Sequence record: SRR20825006_2271
DNA length: 64,000 bases
Direction: 5' to 3' (one strand)
Made by a program: the position numbers and the translations under genes. Positions 48,968-58,902 of this stretch are shown piece after piece. Each line of letters opens with the position of its first letter. The first letter of the stretch is position 1. Below the pieces are notes generated by a model, which was given only the letters and a program-made list of their open reading frames with translations, was not told where the DNA came from and ran no database searches.

Positions 48968-50152
48968 ATGAAATTAAATAGAAATCTTTTAGTTGTTCCT
49001 GTTGTATTAGGAATGGCGCTTTCGATGGTAAATTGTAAAAATGAGCCGAAGAAAGAAGAAACCGCCGTGGTGGCAGAAATGCCTGAAGCAAGCATTACCA
49101 AGTCAGACTTTGGTATGACTCCAGATAGCATCGCTGTTGAAAAATACAGCCTTGTTAACGTTAATGGAATGGAAGTGGATATCATCACGTACGGTGGTAT
49201 TATTACGAGCTTAAAGGCACCTAGCCAAGACAGCACGTTTCAAGATGTGGTACTCGGTTATGATACTTTAGAGGAATATACTACGACAGGAAATCCAACC
49301 TTTTTTGGAGCTTTGATCGGGCGCTATGGTAACCGTATCGCTAAAGGTAAATTTTCTATCGATGGTGAAGACTATCAATTACCAACTAACGACGGACCAA
49401 ACAGTCTGCACGGTGGAAAAGGTTTTGATAAAGTAGTTTGGACCGCAGAAGAGGTTGAAGACGGCGACAACGTAGGCTTGAAGTTGACCTATACGAGTCC
49501 TGATGGTGATCAAGGTTATCCGGGGAATTTAGAAACTACTGTGGTTTATACACTTCAAGCGGACAATACGCTTAAAGTAGATTATGAGGCAACTACAGAC
49601 AAGGCAACGGTTGTAAATCTTACTCAGCACTCGTATTTCAACTTATCTGGGGATTTTGATAATACCATTTTAGATACCGAAGTAATGCTGAATGCAGATC
49701 ATTATTTACCGGTTGATGAAACTTTGATTCCAACAGGGGAGTTGCGTGCTGTAGAAGGTACACCTTTTGATTTCCGCGAAGCGAAAGCGATTGGAGCAGA
49801 AATTGAAGCTGAAAACGATCAACTTAAAAAAGGTCAGGGTTATGATCATTGCTGGGTTTTAAATGATGAAAGCGGAGCGATGCATTTAGCCGCTACAGCT
49901 TATGATCCACGAAGTGGAAGATTCTTAGAAGTGATGACCACAGAGCCTGCGATTCAGTTTTATACCGGGAATTTCTTAGACGGGACTTTACCGCAAAAAG
50001 GAGGCGAAGGTACGTATGCTTTGAGAAGCGGTTTCTGTTTAGAAACACAGCATTACCCAGATTCACCTAACCAGTCTGAATTTCCGTCTACTGTTTTAAA
50101 ACCGGGAGAAACGTATAGCACAACTACAACCTTTAAGTTTTCAGTAAAATAA
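48968..50152 (+). CDS. galM: Aldose 1-epimerase (mutarotase), predicted lipoprotein
   Basis: GRYGNRI, LHGG, NLTQHSYFNL, YDH, CLETQH.PD; N-terminal signal ending in MVNC. Confidence 0.92.
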   Translation: MKLNRNLLVVPVVLGMALSMVNCKNEPKKEETAVVAEMPEASITKSDFGMTPDSIAVEKYSLVNVNGMEVDIITYGGIITSLKAPSQDSTFQDVVLGYDTLEEYTTTGNPTFFGALIGRYGNRIAKGKFSIDGEDYQLPTNDGPNSLHGGKGFDKVVWTAEEVEDGDNVGLKLTYTSPDGDQGYPGNLETTVVYTLQADNTLKVDYEATTDKATVVNLTQHSYFNLSGDFDNTILDTEVMLNADHYLPVDETLIPTGELRAVEGTPFDFREAKAIGAEIEAENDQLKKGQGYDHCWVLNDESGAMHLAATAYDPRSGRFLEVMTTEPAIQFYTGNFLDGTLPQKGGEGTYALRSGFCLETQHYPDSPNQSEFPSTVLKPGETYSTTTTFKFSVK

Positions 50153-50182
50153 AAATGCGTTAAGCATTTGTGTTTAGATGAG

Positions 50183-50213
50183 AAAGCCCAATGTTATTTA
50201 CATTGGGCTTTTT
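50183..50213. terminator. Intrinsic terminator ending the ara operon (probably bidirectional)
   Basis: AAAGCCCAATGT-TATTT-ACATTGGGCTTT plus TT, between convergent genes. Confidence 0.87.
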
Positions 50214-50218
50214 GTTGT

Positions 50219-50794
50219 TTACGAGCGTTGCTTCAAATTTTCCTCGCAGAGGGAAATAATTTGTTCAATACGTTTCTGCCGTGTCGCTTCTCTCTTAGCT
50301 TGATTGAGCCAATACAAATAGCTTTTGCGATAGCCCCGGGCAAAATTCTCGTAGTTCTCAAAAGCTTTAGGATTGTTTTTAAATGCCGCCTGAAGATCAT
50401 CCGGAATGATTCCGTTTTCTACATCGTCTAAAGCCGTCCACGAACCGTTTTCTTTTGCAATTTCAATAGATTTATGACCACTTTTGTGCATTAGACCATC
50501 TTGAACTAATTGTTCAATATAGGCTTTGTTTACGGCGCTCCAAACGCTTTTGGCATTTCGCTTACAGAAGTACTGCTTACGCCTGTCTTCATCAATTTTT
50601 CTTACGGTGCTGTCGATCCAGCCGTAACAGATTGCGACTTGAACCGCTTCTTCCCAGCGCATACTGGGTTGTTCAGATGTCACCTTGTAGAACACAAGAT
50701 CGACTCCGGTATCACTTTCATGATTTTCATGCAGCCAGGCGCGCCATTCTTCGGCATTTTTAAAATAGAGTAGTGGACGCTTGGGTTTGGTCAT
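50219..50794 (-). CDS. YdeI/OmpD-associated family protein
   Basis: EWRAWL..NH, A.C.GWIDS, SVWS..NK, P.DL..A, AKR.ATR.KRI. Confidence 0.88.
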   Translation of the reverse strand: MTKPKRPLLYFKNAEEWRAWLHENHESDTGVDLVFYKVTSEQPSMRWEEAVQVAICYGWIDSTVRKIDEDRRKQYFCKRNAKSVWSAVNKAYIEQLVQDGLMHKSGHKSIEIAKENGSWTALDDVENGIIPDDLQAAFKNNPKAFENYENFARGYRKSYLYWLNQAKREATRQKRIEQIISLCEENLKQRS

Positions 50795-50796
50795 TA

Positions 50797-52422
50797 CTAG
50801 TTGATCTCTTCAAATTCGATATAGAAATTACGATCAATATTAAAATCGGTGATCGGCGCATCAAAAGACTTGGTTTTCCATTCAGCAGAAGGATAAATCC
50901 ATTCTTTCTGGTCATTTACGTGAATTTGAATAGGCATATCAAAACCTTCCACAATATCCGCATAGCGGAATTTTAACGTGTTCCCGTCAATAGAATATTC
51001 TAACTCCGGAATCATCGTTGTACGTAAATATTGCTCCCAGAATTCCGTTAGGTCAATACCGCTTTGTTCACTAATATAGTTTTCAATCTGAGCGGTGGTA
51101 ACGGTTTGATGATAAAATTCTTTATTCAATCCGCGTAGAATCGTACGCCACTTTTCATCATCCTCAATGAGTTGTCTAAGGGTGTGCAGCACATTAGCCC
51201 CTTTATAATACATATCTCCGCTTCCTTCGTGATCTACGCCATAGGTGCCTATAATAGGGCGATCGTTACGGATAGCACTTCGGGTTCCTATAACATAATC
51301 TGCTGAAGCTTCTTTTCCGAAGAAATAATCCAAATATAGATTTTCAGAATATGCCGTAAAGCCTTCATGTACCCACATATCTGCAACATCTTTATTGGTG
51401 ATGTTGTTGGCAAACCACTCGTGACCACTTTCGTGAATGATAATAAAATCAAATTTTAAACCCCATCCGGTACCCGAAAGATCCCGGCCTAAATAGCCGT
51501 TCTCATACTTGTTTCCGTATGTCACATTACTTTGATGTTCCATTCCTAAATAAGGCACTTCAACCAATTTGTACCCATCTTCATAAAACGGATACGGTCC
51601 AAACCAATGCTCAAAAGCTTCGAGCATCATTGGTACCTGCTTAAACTGTTCTTGAGCTTTATCAAGATTTTCTTTAAGCACATAAAAGTTTAGGTCAAGC
51701 GGACCTTTTTCACCTTTATAAGTTTCTGAAAAATGCGCATAATCAGCAATGTCAGCACTTATGCCATAACTATTGATGGGATTTTCAACACTCCAATGAA
51801 ACGTATTCTTATCAGCAGTTGAAGAAGAATCAACTAATGTACCGTTTCCTACAGCAGTCAAGCCCTTAGGAACTGTAATGTATAAGTCTAAACCTTCAAC
51901 CTCATCATAAGGAATATCTTTATTAGGCCACCAAATAGAAGAGCCAATACCCTGATTAGCATTAGCTGCAAAGGCTTTACCCTTGGCGTCTTTTTGCCAG
52001 GTCCAGCCACCGTCCCAAGGAAGGCGTGCTCCTTCTACCGGTTTGCCTTCAAAAGTTATGGTTATTTTATTAGAAGCTTCTTTTTTCTGTTTTTTCTGAA
52101 GTGAAATAAAATAGGCTGCGCCGTCTTTTTTGATCGCTAATTTCTTGTCGTTTTGAGTAGCGCTCAAAATTTTCATCGGTTCTTGCAAGTCAATTTGCAA
52201 GGTTTGATAGGGCTCTAGTACTTTATAGGTGATGGTATTTGAACCAGAAATGAACTTATTGTCAGGATCAACAGTCACTTTTAAATCGTAATGACTGACA
52301 TCCCACCACGCCCGTTCTGGCGTAATACTTCCTTTTAAGGTGTCTTGATGTGTGAATTGGTGCTCTTGAGCAAATGCAGTCAGGCAAAAGAAGCCTAAAA
52401 GCATTGAAAATAATATATGCAT
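50797..52422 (-). CDS. M1 family aminopeptidase
   Basis: GMEH, HE..HEWF.N.IT, WVHEGF..Y, YYKG; signal peptide. Confidence 0.9.
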   Translation of the reverse strand: MHILFSMLLGFFCLTAFAQEHQFTHQDTLKGSITPERAWWDVSHYDLKVTVDPDNKFISGSNTITYKVLEPYQTLQIDLQEPMKILSATQNDKKLAIKKDGAAYFISLQKKQKKEASNKITITFEGKPVEGARLPWDGGWTWQKDAKGKAFAANANQGIGSSIWWPNKDIPYDEVEGLDLYITVPKGLTAVGNGTLVDSSSTADKNTFHWSVENPINSYGISADIADYAHFSETYKGEKGPLDLNFYVLKENLDKAQEQFKQVPMMLEAFEHWFGPYPFYEDGYKLVEVPYLGMEHQSNVTYGNKYENGYLGRDLSGTGWGLKFDFIIIHESGHEWFANNITNKDVADMWVHEGFTAYSENLYLDYFFGKEASADYVIGTRSAIRNDRPIIGTYGVDHEGSGDMYYKGANVLHTLRQLIEDDEKWRTILRGLNKEFYHQTVTTAQIENYISEQSGIDLTEFWEQYLRTTMIPELEYSIDGNTLKFRYADIVEGFDMPIQIHVNDQKEWIYPSAEWKTKSFDAPITDFNIDRNFYIEFEEIN

Positions 52423-52472
52423 TTTGAGTATTTAAAAACTGTAATTCAAATGTTGTTCCAAAAGAAGAAAAA

Positions 52473-53822
52473 TTAGCGCATAATAGCATTAGGAAAAACC
52501 ACGACACTTTCGTGACCGTTAGCACCTACAGCAGCCACACCAAAGAATGAATTGTCGATTACAATTCCGTCTAAAGTGATTTCTGAAACATCACCCACAT
52601 AGCGGCTGTGATCCCAAGTAGGAGAGGTAGTGTCACGCCAATAGATTTTATAACCAAAAGCTCCGTCTACTTTACTCCATTTGAGTTTTACATCAGCTTC
52701 TACAATACCACCAATCTCAACAGTTTCAGGAGCCGGTGGTGCCCAGGCTAAGCTAGCCAGGTTGATCGCATTTACAGCGGTAAGTTTTGCTGCGTATGGG
52801 AAATTAACGTGTTCTACAACATCCCCGTAAGCGATACCATCTTCCGTGCGAATGTCTTGATGCTGCTGGGTGTAGTTTTCATGTGCTTCCATTATTCGAA
52901 TTCCGGCGAAGCCCAGATCATTAAAAGGTCTGTGGTGCCCGCCGCGACCAAATCGATCTAAGCGATAGATCATCATCGGGTTCATTTCCGGCATGTAATC
53001 TTTTACATTCTTATGTACATAACGTGCCAGTTGGCGCGAATTTCCGTCAACTTCTCCACCATAAAATCTTCGGGCTCTGCGTTGATTTTCGGTTTCATTT
53101 GCAGGAACCGGTTCAGAAAAAATTCTAAAATCGCGATTGCTGATCACCCCGTCTACCCCTTTGATATTTCCTATCATATCATTATTTAGAATCCCGATGA
53201 TGTCCCAGCCTTGTGCGGTTGCATAATTTGCAAGTCCTTTACCACCAAATAAGCCTTGCTCTTCACCAGACAGACCAACATAAATGATGCTGTTTTCAAA
53301 TTTGTATTTAGACAAAACGCGCGCAGCTTCCATAGTGCCCGCCATTCCGCTTGCATTGTCGTTGGCGCCCGGAGCATCAGTTGTAAAATCGGTTGCATCG
53401 CTCGCGCGAGAATCTATATCACCACTCATAATGATAAACCGATTAGGATATTTTGTTCCTCGTTGAATTGCCACAACATTGACCACATAGGTTTGTTTTG
53501 GAATACGGCTGCCCATACTTGGAGTTACCAGATCTTTCTGATAAAAAACCTCAAGGCAGTCACCGCAATTTTCTGAAGTTTTTTCAAAATCAGCTTTTAT
53601 AAAGCGGCGTGCCGCGCCAATGCCACGGGTGTCGCTAAGGGTATCGCTAAAGGTATTTCGAGTTCCAAAGCCGGCGAGCGTGCGTACATCTTTTTCAATT
53701 CGATCTGCAGAAACCGCATCGATGATGCTATAAATACGTAAATCTGTTTCTGAAGGCACATTGTTTTGCGCAAATAAAGCTGTGAAACAGCAAAGAAAAG
53801 CGAGGGTAAAAGGATACTTCAT
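52473..53822 (-). CDS. M28 family metallopeptidase
   Basis: DSR, APGANDNASG, GEEQGL.G, NNDMIG; C-terminal FN3-like region. Confidence 0.88.
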   Translation of the reverse strand: MKYPFTLAFLCCFTALFAQNNVPSETDLRIYSIIDAVSADRIEKDVRTLAGFGTRNTFSDTLSDTRGIGAARRFIKADFEKTSENCGDCLEVFYQKDLVTPSMGSRIPKQTYVVNVVAIQRGTKYPNRFIIMSGDIDSRASDATDFTTDAPGANDNASGMAGTMEAARVLSKYKFENSIIYVGLSGEEQGLFGGKGLANYATAQGWDIIGILNNDMIGNIKGVDGVISNRDFRIFSEPVPANETENQRRARRFYGGEVDGNSRQLARYVHKNVKDYMPEMNPMMIYRLDRFGRGGHHRPFNDLGFAGIRIMEAHENYTQQHQDIRTEDGIAYGDVVEHVNFPYAAKLTAVNAINLASLAWAPPAPETVEIGGIVEADVKLKWSKVDGAFGYKIYWRDTTSPTWDHSRYVGDVSEITLDGIVIDNSFFGVAAVGANGHESVVVFPNAIMR

Positions 53823-53838
53823 ATTGTTATATAGGGTT

Positions 53839-53877
53839 AAAAAAAGTACGAGCAGTATTAGAAAAAATACTGCTCGT
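53839..53877 (-). terminator. Intrinsic terminator downstream of otsAB
   Basis: 12-bp stem ACGAGCAGTATT / AATACTGCTCGT with a T7 tail on the minus strand. Confidence 0.82.
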
Positions 53878-53893
53878 GATAAATTTATGCTAA

Positions 53894-53950
53894 TTTATTG
53901 GCATCACCAAAGGCTGAAATACCACCACTGCTTGCCTTGAGTTAGTTTAC
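53894..53950 (-). repeat. Dispersed intergenic element, short copy (57 bp)
   Basis: Minus strand reads GTAAACTAACTCAAGGCAAGC...CCTTTGGTGATGCCAATAAA; both ends match the element at 463-575. Confidence 0.65.
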
Positions 53951-56154
53951 TACGATGCAGCAAACTTTTTAAGCAAGTCTCGTACACGATCGGTATCGTC
54001 TACATAATATTTCGCCGCTGTTTTTTGAAGTCCTACTTTGATCGTAAATGCATCGTCAGGAAGGTCGTGAAACATGTATTCATCAGTCCAGTCATCACCT
54101 ATCGCAAATTTAAACGTGTAGTCTTTTCCGAAAATATGCTTGGTCACCGCTTTCCCCTTATGAATGGTACTGTCTTTAATTTCCAATACTTTATTTCCGT
54201 CAAGAACTCCAAGTTCATTATTCGCCGAAAGTTCTTTCAATACTGTTGAAAGTTCACTAGCACGTTTTTCGCCTAAATCAGGATCGGCATTTCGGTAATG
54301 CCAAGCCAATGAATAGTTTTTCTCCTCGATAAATGTACCTGCGGTGCGGTCAACATATTTCTCAAGAATAGGACGCACCGTTTCCATCCAATCATTTTTA
54401 AGATTTTCTGTTACTGCCCATTCTCCGCCTACAGGACGTTTCCAAACGCCGTGTTCTGCGATGAGCGTGATAGGCACATCATGCCACCAAGTCCCTAGTG
54501 TATGGCGATCGCGGCCGCTAATGATCACCACCTCAGTATTTTCTTGACTGTGAATGGTTTTTATTAATTCAAGTAACTCTTCATCAGGACTTGCGTCTTC
54601 CGGGTTGTTTACAAAACCTCTTAAAGTCCCGTCATAGTCTAAAAATAAAATACGTTTTTGTGAAGTTTTGTAAGCGTTGAACATTTCTTCTTCCTGGTCG
54701 GTACGCATTCGTATGGCTTTTACAATATCAGATTTATGAGCGGTGTCTTCTAACGAATGCATAAAGTCGTGGGCCCATTTCTCTACATTATAGCGCTTTA
54801 AACGTTTTTGAAGGAATTTGTTGCGTTTAATCTGTTCTGCTTCGGGCATTTCCATCGCCTGTTTTAATGCATCGGCGATCTCTTCAAAGTTATTCGGGTT
54901 AATGATCAGTGCTTCGCTCATTTCTTGCGCAGCACCGGCCATTTCACTTAGAATAAGTACTCCCGTTTTATCTGTTCTAGTAGCGACATATTCTTTGGCA
55001 ACAAGATTCATTCCATCTCTAATAGGTGTAAGTAAAGCGACATCACAAGTAGTATATAAATCGATTAGATTTTCAAAAGGCATTGAACGGTAGAAATACC
55101 AGATGGGCGTCCAACTTACGGTTGCGAATTTTCCGTTAATTCGTCCTACGAGTTCATCTACTTCTTTTTTCAACAATTGATACTGCGGAACATTAGAACG
55201 CGAGGGGACAGCAAGCATCACCAAGCGCACCTTTTCTTTAAACTCCGGATACTTTTCTAAGAAGTATTCATAAGCGCGAATGCGATTTGCGATCCCTTTG
55301 CTATAATCTAAACGGTCTATAGATAGGATCATTTTTGCATCAGGAGTCGAATCAATATGCAAATCTAAACGGCGCTGAAGCTCTGACTGATTTTTAGCAG
55401 CATCGTGTTTGGCAGCAGCTTCAGAAAATTTTTCATAGTCAATTCCCATAGGGTAGGAGTTCACCGTGACAATGCGATCTTTTAAGGTAATCTCATTAAA
55501 ACTTACTTCTTGTCGCAGAATCCGCGAAACCGAACTTAAAAAGTGACGCTGATAATCATAAGTATGAAAACCAATAAGGTCTGAACCCAGCAGCCCTTTT
55601 AATATTTCTTCTCTCCACGGGAGCGTTCTAAAAACCTCATAAGAAGGAAACGGAATGTGTAAAAAGAATCCAATCTGCACATCGGGGCGCTCTTTTTTGA
55701 TCAGCTCGGGCAAGAGCATCAATTGATAATCGTGGACCCATACGGTGTCGCCTTCCTCGATGTTCTCCAGAACTACTTTTGCATATTTTTTATTAACCTC
55801 AACATAGGTTTGATAGCTTTCCTTCTCAAACTCTGTATATTCCATAAAGTAATGGAATAACGGCCAAATTGTACGGTTAGAAAAACCGTAGTAGAAACCA
55901 TCAATGTCTTTTTCAGTAAGTGAGACGGGTACACATTGCTCTTTTTTTGCGGCAGCGACAACCTCCTCTACCAGTTCTTCTGGCGTTTCTTCTTCGGTCA
56001 GACCGGTCCAACCGATCCAGACACCGTTACTGTCTCTATGTACAGATTTCATTCCGGTTGCTAATCCACCTACACTTGGTGTTGCTTTGATGGTATTATT
56101 GTCAATTTGTAATTGTAAAGGCAGTCGATTTGAAATAATGATAGTTTTACTCAT
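53950..56154 (-). CDS. otsAB: Bifunctional trehalose-6-phosphate synthase/phosphatase (OtsA-OtsB fusion)
   Basis: GT20 motifs SNRLP, GGLA, WVHDYQL, FFLHIPFP, DRLDYSKG, DGMNLVAKEY; HAD motifs FLDYDGTL and IGDD.TDE. Confidence 0.95.
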   Translation of the reverse strand: MSKTIIISNRLPLQLQIDNNTIKATPSVGGLATGMKSVHRDSNGVWIGWTGLTEEETPEELVEEVVAAAKKEQCVPVSLTEKDIDGFYYGFSNRTIWPLFHYFMEYTEFEKESYQTYVEVNKKYAKVVLENIEEGDTVWVHDYQLMLLPELIKKERPDVQIGFFLHIPFPSYEVFRTLPWREEILKGLLGSDLIGFHTYDYQRHFLSSVSRILRQEVSFNEITLKDRIVTVNSYPMGIDYEKFSEAAAKHDAAKNQSELQRRLDLHIDSTPDAKMILSIDRLDYSKGIANRIRAYEYFLEKYPEFKEKVRLVMLAVPSRSNVPQYQLLKKEVDELVGRINGKFATVSWTPIWYFYRSMPFENLIDLYTTCDVALLTPIRDGMNLVAKEYVATRTDKTGVLILSEMAGAAQEMSEALIINPNNFEEIADALKQAMEMPEAEQIKRNKFLQKRLKRYNVEKWAHDFMHSLEDTAHKSDIVKAIRMRTDQEEEMFNAYKTSQKRILFLDYDGTLRGFVNNPEDASPDEELLELIKTIHSQENTEVVIISGRDRHTLGTWWHDVPITLIAEHGVWKRPVGGEWAVTENLKNDWMETVRPILEKYVDRTAGTFIEEKNYSLAWHYRNADPDLGEKRASELSTVLKELSANNELGVLDGNKVLEIKDSTIHKGKAVTKHIFGKDYTFKFAIGDDWTDEYMFHDLPDDAFTIKVGLQKTAAKYYVDDTDRVRDLLKKFAAS

Positions 56155-56260
56155 AAAAACAGGTAATCGGAGGGTTAGATTTTTTGTGATTGCTTAAATT
56201 TCGGAAAATCGTAGCGGTTAAGCTATACGTTTAATAGAACTTTAGAATTTTTATTCCCTT

Positions 56261-58069
56261 ATGGACAATTTGAATTATGGAATTATAGGCAACTGCAAGA
56301 GTGCAGCCCTTATCTCAGACAAAGGCTCTTTAGATTGGTGTTGTCTGCCCATCTTTGATTCACCTTCGGTTTTTGCTAAACTTTTAGATGAGGAAAAAGG
56401 AGGTTCACAGAGTTTTGAGGTCAGTGATGCTTATACCATTACCCAGCAATATATGTGGCAAACCAATATTTTACGCACGATGTACGATAATGGTACCGAT
56501 GCTTTTGAGGTGTTTGATTTTATGCCCAGATATGAAAAGCGCAGCGGCTCTTTTTACGCCCCACCAGATATTATTCGATTTATACGATTAGTTAAGGGTG
56601 CGCCTAAATTTGTGTGTAATTACGATCCCAAACTAGAATATGCCAGCACCGAAACTATCACGGTCAATAAAGGGGAATACATAGAAAGTTATACTAATGA
56701 AGGGAAATACGATTCCCTGTATTTGTATACCAATCTAGAAAAGGAAGATATACTCCATAAGAAAGAAATTATCCTTGACGGCAATGCTTTTCTCTTGATG
56801 TCTTATCATGAAAAACTAATGGAGCAAACGCTAGATCGTGCATATTTGAAGTTTCAGCGCACCAAAGTATACTGGATGAACTGGAGTGAAGCGACCACAA
56901 AATATCCTTTATATCAAAACGAAATTATGCGTAGCGCGCTTACCTTAAAGGCGCTTACGTTTGAGAAATCTGGTGCTGTCCTTGCTGCTGCGACTACTTC
57001 ATTACCCGAAACTATAGGCGAAGTCCGCAACTGGGATTATCGTTTTTGTTGGGTGCGTGATGCTTCAATGGTGATTCGGGTGATCTCTAATTTAGGACAT
57101 ACTAAATATGCACAGAATTTTCTTCAGTTTATCATAGATACGCTTCCTGATAAAGATGAGAAAATGCAAATTATGTATGGTATCAATGGAGAAAAGGAAC
57201 TCACAGAGCATACGCTAGATCATCTTTCAGGCTATAAAAATTCGGCACCGGTACGCATTGGTAATGCAGCTTACGTTCAAAAGCAAAATGATATCTACGG
57301 AATTCTGATGGAAGTGATCTATCAGCAATTTATTCAGTTTGAAACGACACTTGAAAATAGCGAAGAGCTGTGGACGGTGGTTCTCGGAATTGTGAAAATC
57401 GTTAAGCGCCACTGGCAAGAACCCGATAAAGGAATTTGGGAATTGCGCACCGAAGATCGTCATTTTACCTTCTCAAAATTACTTTGCTGGGTAGCAGTTG
57501 ACCGCGCCATTAAAATTGCTGAAGTCTTAAACCGAAGACGCCATCTTGAAGAGTGGGATGTGTTGCGTAAAGAAATTCACGACGAAATTCACGACAACGC
57601 TTGGAATGAGGATATGCAGGCTTACACACAGTATTACGGTTCAAAAGATATGGATGCTTCGACACTCCTAATGGAGCAGTATGGCTTTATTGATGCTAAA
57701 GATCCTCGCTTTGTATCTACCGTAGAAGCCACCGAACGCGAACTGTGTAAAGATGGTTTGATGTATCGTTATAAAAATGAAGATGACTTCGGTGAACCGA
57801 GTTCGTCTTTTACCATTTGCACATTCTGGTTTATTGATAGTTTATACAAAGTAGGGCAGAAGCAAAAAGCGATAAAATACTTTGATCAATTGTTGTCGTA
57901 TAGCAACCATTTAGGCTTGTTCAGTGAGGATATTGATTTTAAAACAAAGCGTTTACTAGGGAATTTCCCTCAAGCGTATTCTCACTTGGCCTTGATAGAA
58001 ACAGCCACCAATTTTGCAAAATACGGTCAGGATGAAGAAGAAACACAGTTTAAACCTATTTTGTATTAG
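56261..58069 (+). CDS. GH15 glycoside hydrolase (trehalase/glucoamylase-like)
   Basis: AAATTSLPE..G..RNWDYRFCW.RD, GIWE.R, N.LGLFSE, GNFPQAYSH. Confidence 0.92.
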   Translation: MDNLNYGIIGNCKSAALISDKGSLDWCCLPIFDSPSVFAKLLDEEKGGSQSFEVSDAYTITQQYMWQTNILRTMYDNGTDAFEVFDFMPRYEKRSGSFYAPPDIIRFIRLVKGAPKFVCNYDPKLEYASTETITVNKGEYIESYTNEGKYDSLYLYTNLEKEDILHKKEIILDGNAFLLMSYHEKLMEQTLDRAYLKFQRTKVYWMNWSEATTKYPLYQNEIMRSALTLKALTFEKSGAVLAAATTSLPETIGEVRNWDYRFCWVRDASMVIRVISNLGHTKYAQNFLQFIIDTLPDKDEKMQIMYGINGEKELTEHTLDHLSGYKNSAPVRIGNAAYVQKQNDIYGILMEVIYQQFIQFETTLENSEELWTVVLGIVKIVKRHWQEPDKGIWELRTEDRHFTFSKLLCWVAVDRAIKIAEVLNRRRHLEEWDVLRKEIHDEIHDNAWNEDMQAYTQYYGSKDMDASTLLMEQYGFIDAKDPRFVSTVEATERELCKDGLMYRYKNEDDFGEPSSSFTICTFWFIDSLYKVGQKQKAIKYFDQLLSYSNHLGLFSEDIDFKTKRLLGNFPQAYSHLALIETATNFAKYGQDEEETQFKPILY

Positions 58070-58077
58070 CAGGTGAT

Positions 58078-58902
58078 ATGAAAAAATTATTAGCCTTAAT
58101 TACTCTATGTGTTGTTTTTAATTCTTGTACTTCTGATGATAGAACCATTAATGAGTTCAAAACGCTTGACCTTGAAGATGACTCCTTTGATATTATATTA
58201 ATAGCAGGTCAGTCAAATACTCATTCTGGGTTAGGACTAGATAAATCTATAGATACACCTCACGATTCAGTATATCAATTAGGAAGGTTTGGGGATAACG
58301 ATCTAAAATTAATTGGAGCAATAGAACCGTTAGACCATCATACTAAAGGTGATGCTAAAATAGGTTTTGGTTTAACTTTCGCAAAAGAGCTTGTTAATAG
58401 TAAGTTATCTAAAAATAGAGTTTTACTCGTTCCTTGTGGTTATGGTGGAAGTAGTTTTAAGGCAAATCAATGGAATAAAGGAGATTATTTGTATGAGGAT
58501 GCTGTAATGCGAGTAAATTATATTCTAAAGAAAAATTCAAATAATAGATTACTCGCTGTTTTATGGCATCAAGGAGAATCAGATGTTGGCCATTCAAACT
58601 TTCAGGGAAATTTAGATCGTTTTATAGAAGATATCAGAGAAGATTTAGGAGATAAAGAGTTACCATTTATTCTAGGAGGAATGGTTCCTTACTGGGTGAA
58701 TAAAAACCAGAAGAGAATAGATCAACAATTAATTTTACAGAACACAAGATTGAGAATTAAAAACGTAGGTTATGTTGATCCAAACTTACCTTTCGTAATT
58801 GAAAAAAATAATAACGAAGTTGATGAGATTCATTACGATGCTTCAGGTCAAAGAGAATTAGGACGACGTTATTACCAAGAATACGTTAATCTTATTAATT
58901 AG
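58078..58902 (+). CDS. SGNH carbohydrate acetylesterase (SASA/CE6-like) lipoprotein
   Basis: AGQSN, GGS, WHQGESD, DEIHY; lipobox FNSC. Confidence 0.86.
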   Translation: MKKLLALITLCVVFNSCTSDDRTINEFKTLDLEDDSFDIILIAGQSNTHSGLGLDKSIDTPHDSVYQLGRFGDNDLKLIGAIEPLDHHTKGDAKIGFGLTFAKELVNSKLSKNRVLLVPCGYGGSSFKANQWNKGDYLYEDAVMRVNYILKKNSNNRLLAVLWHQGESDVGHSNFQGNLDRFIEDIREDLGDKELPFILGGMVPYWVNKNQKRIDQQLILQNTRLRIKNVGYVDPNLPFVIEKNNNEVDEIHYDASGQRELGRRYYQEYVNLIN

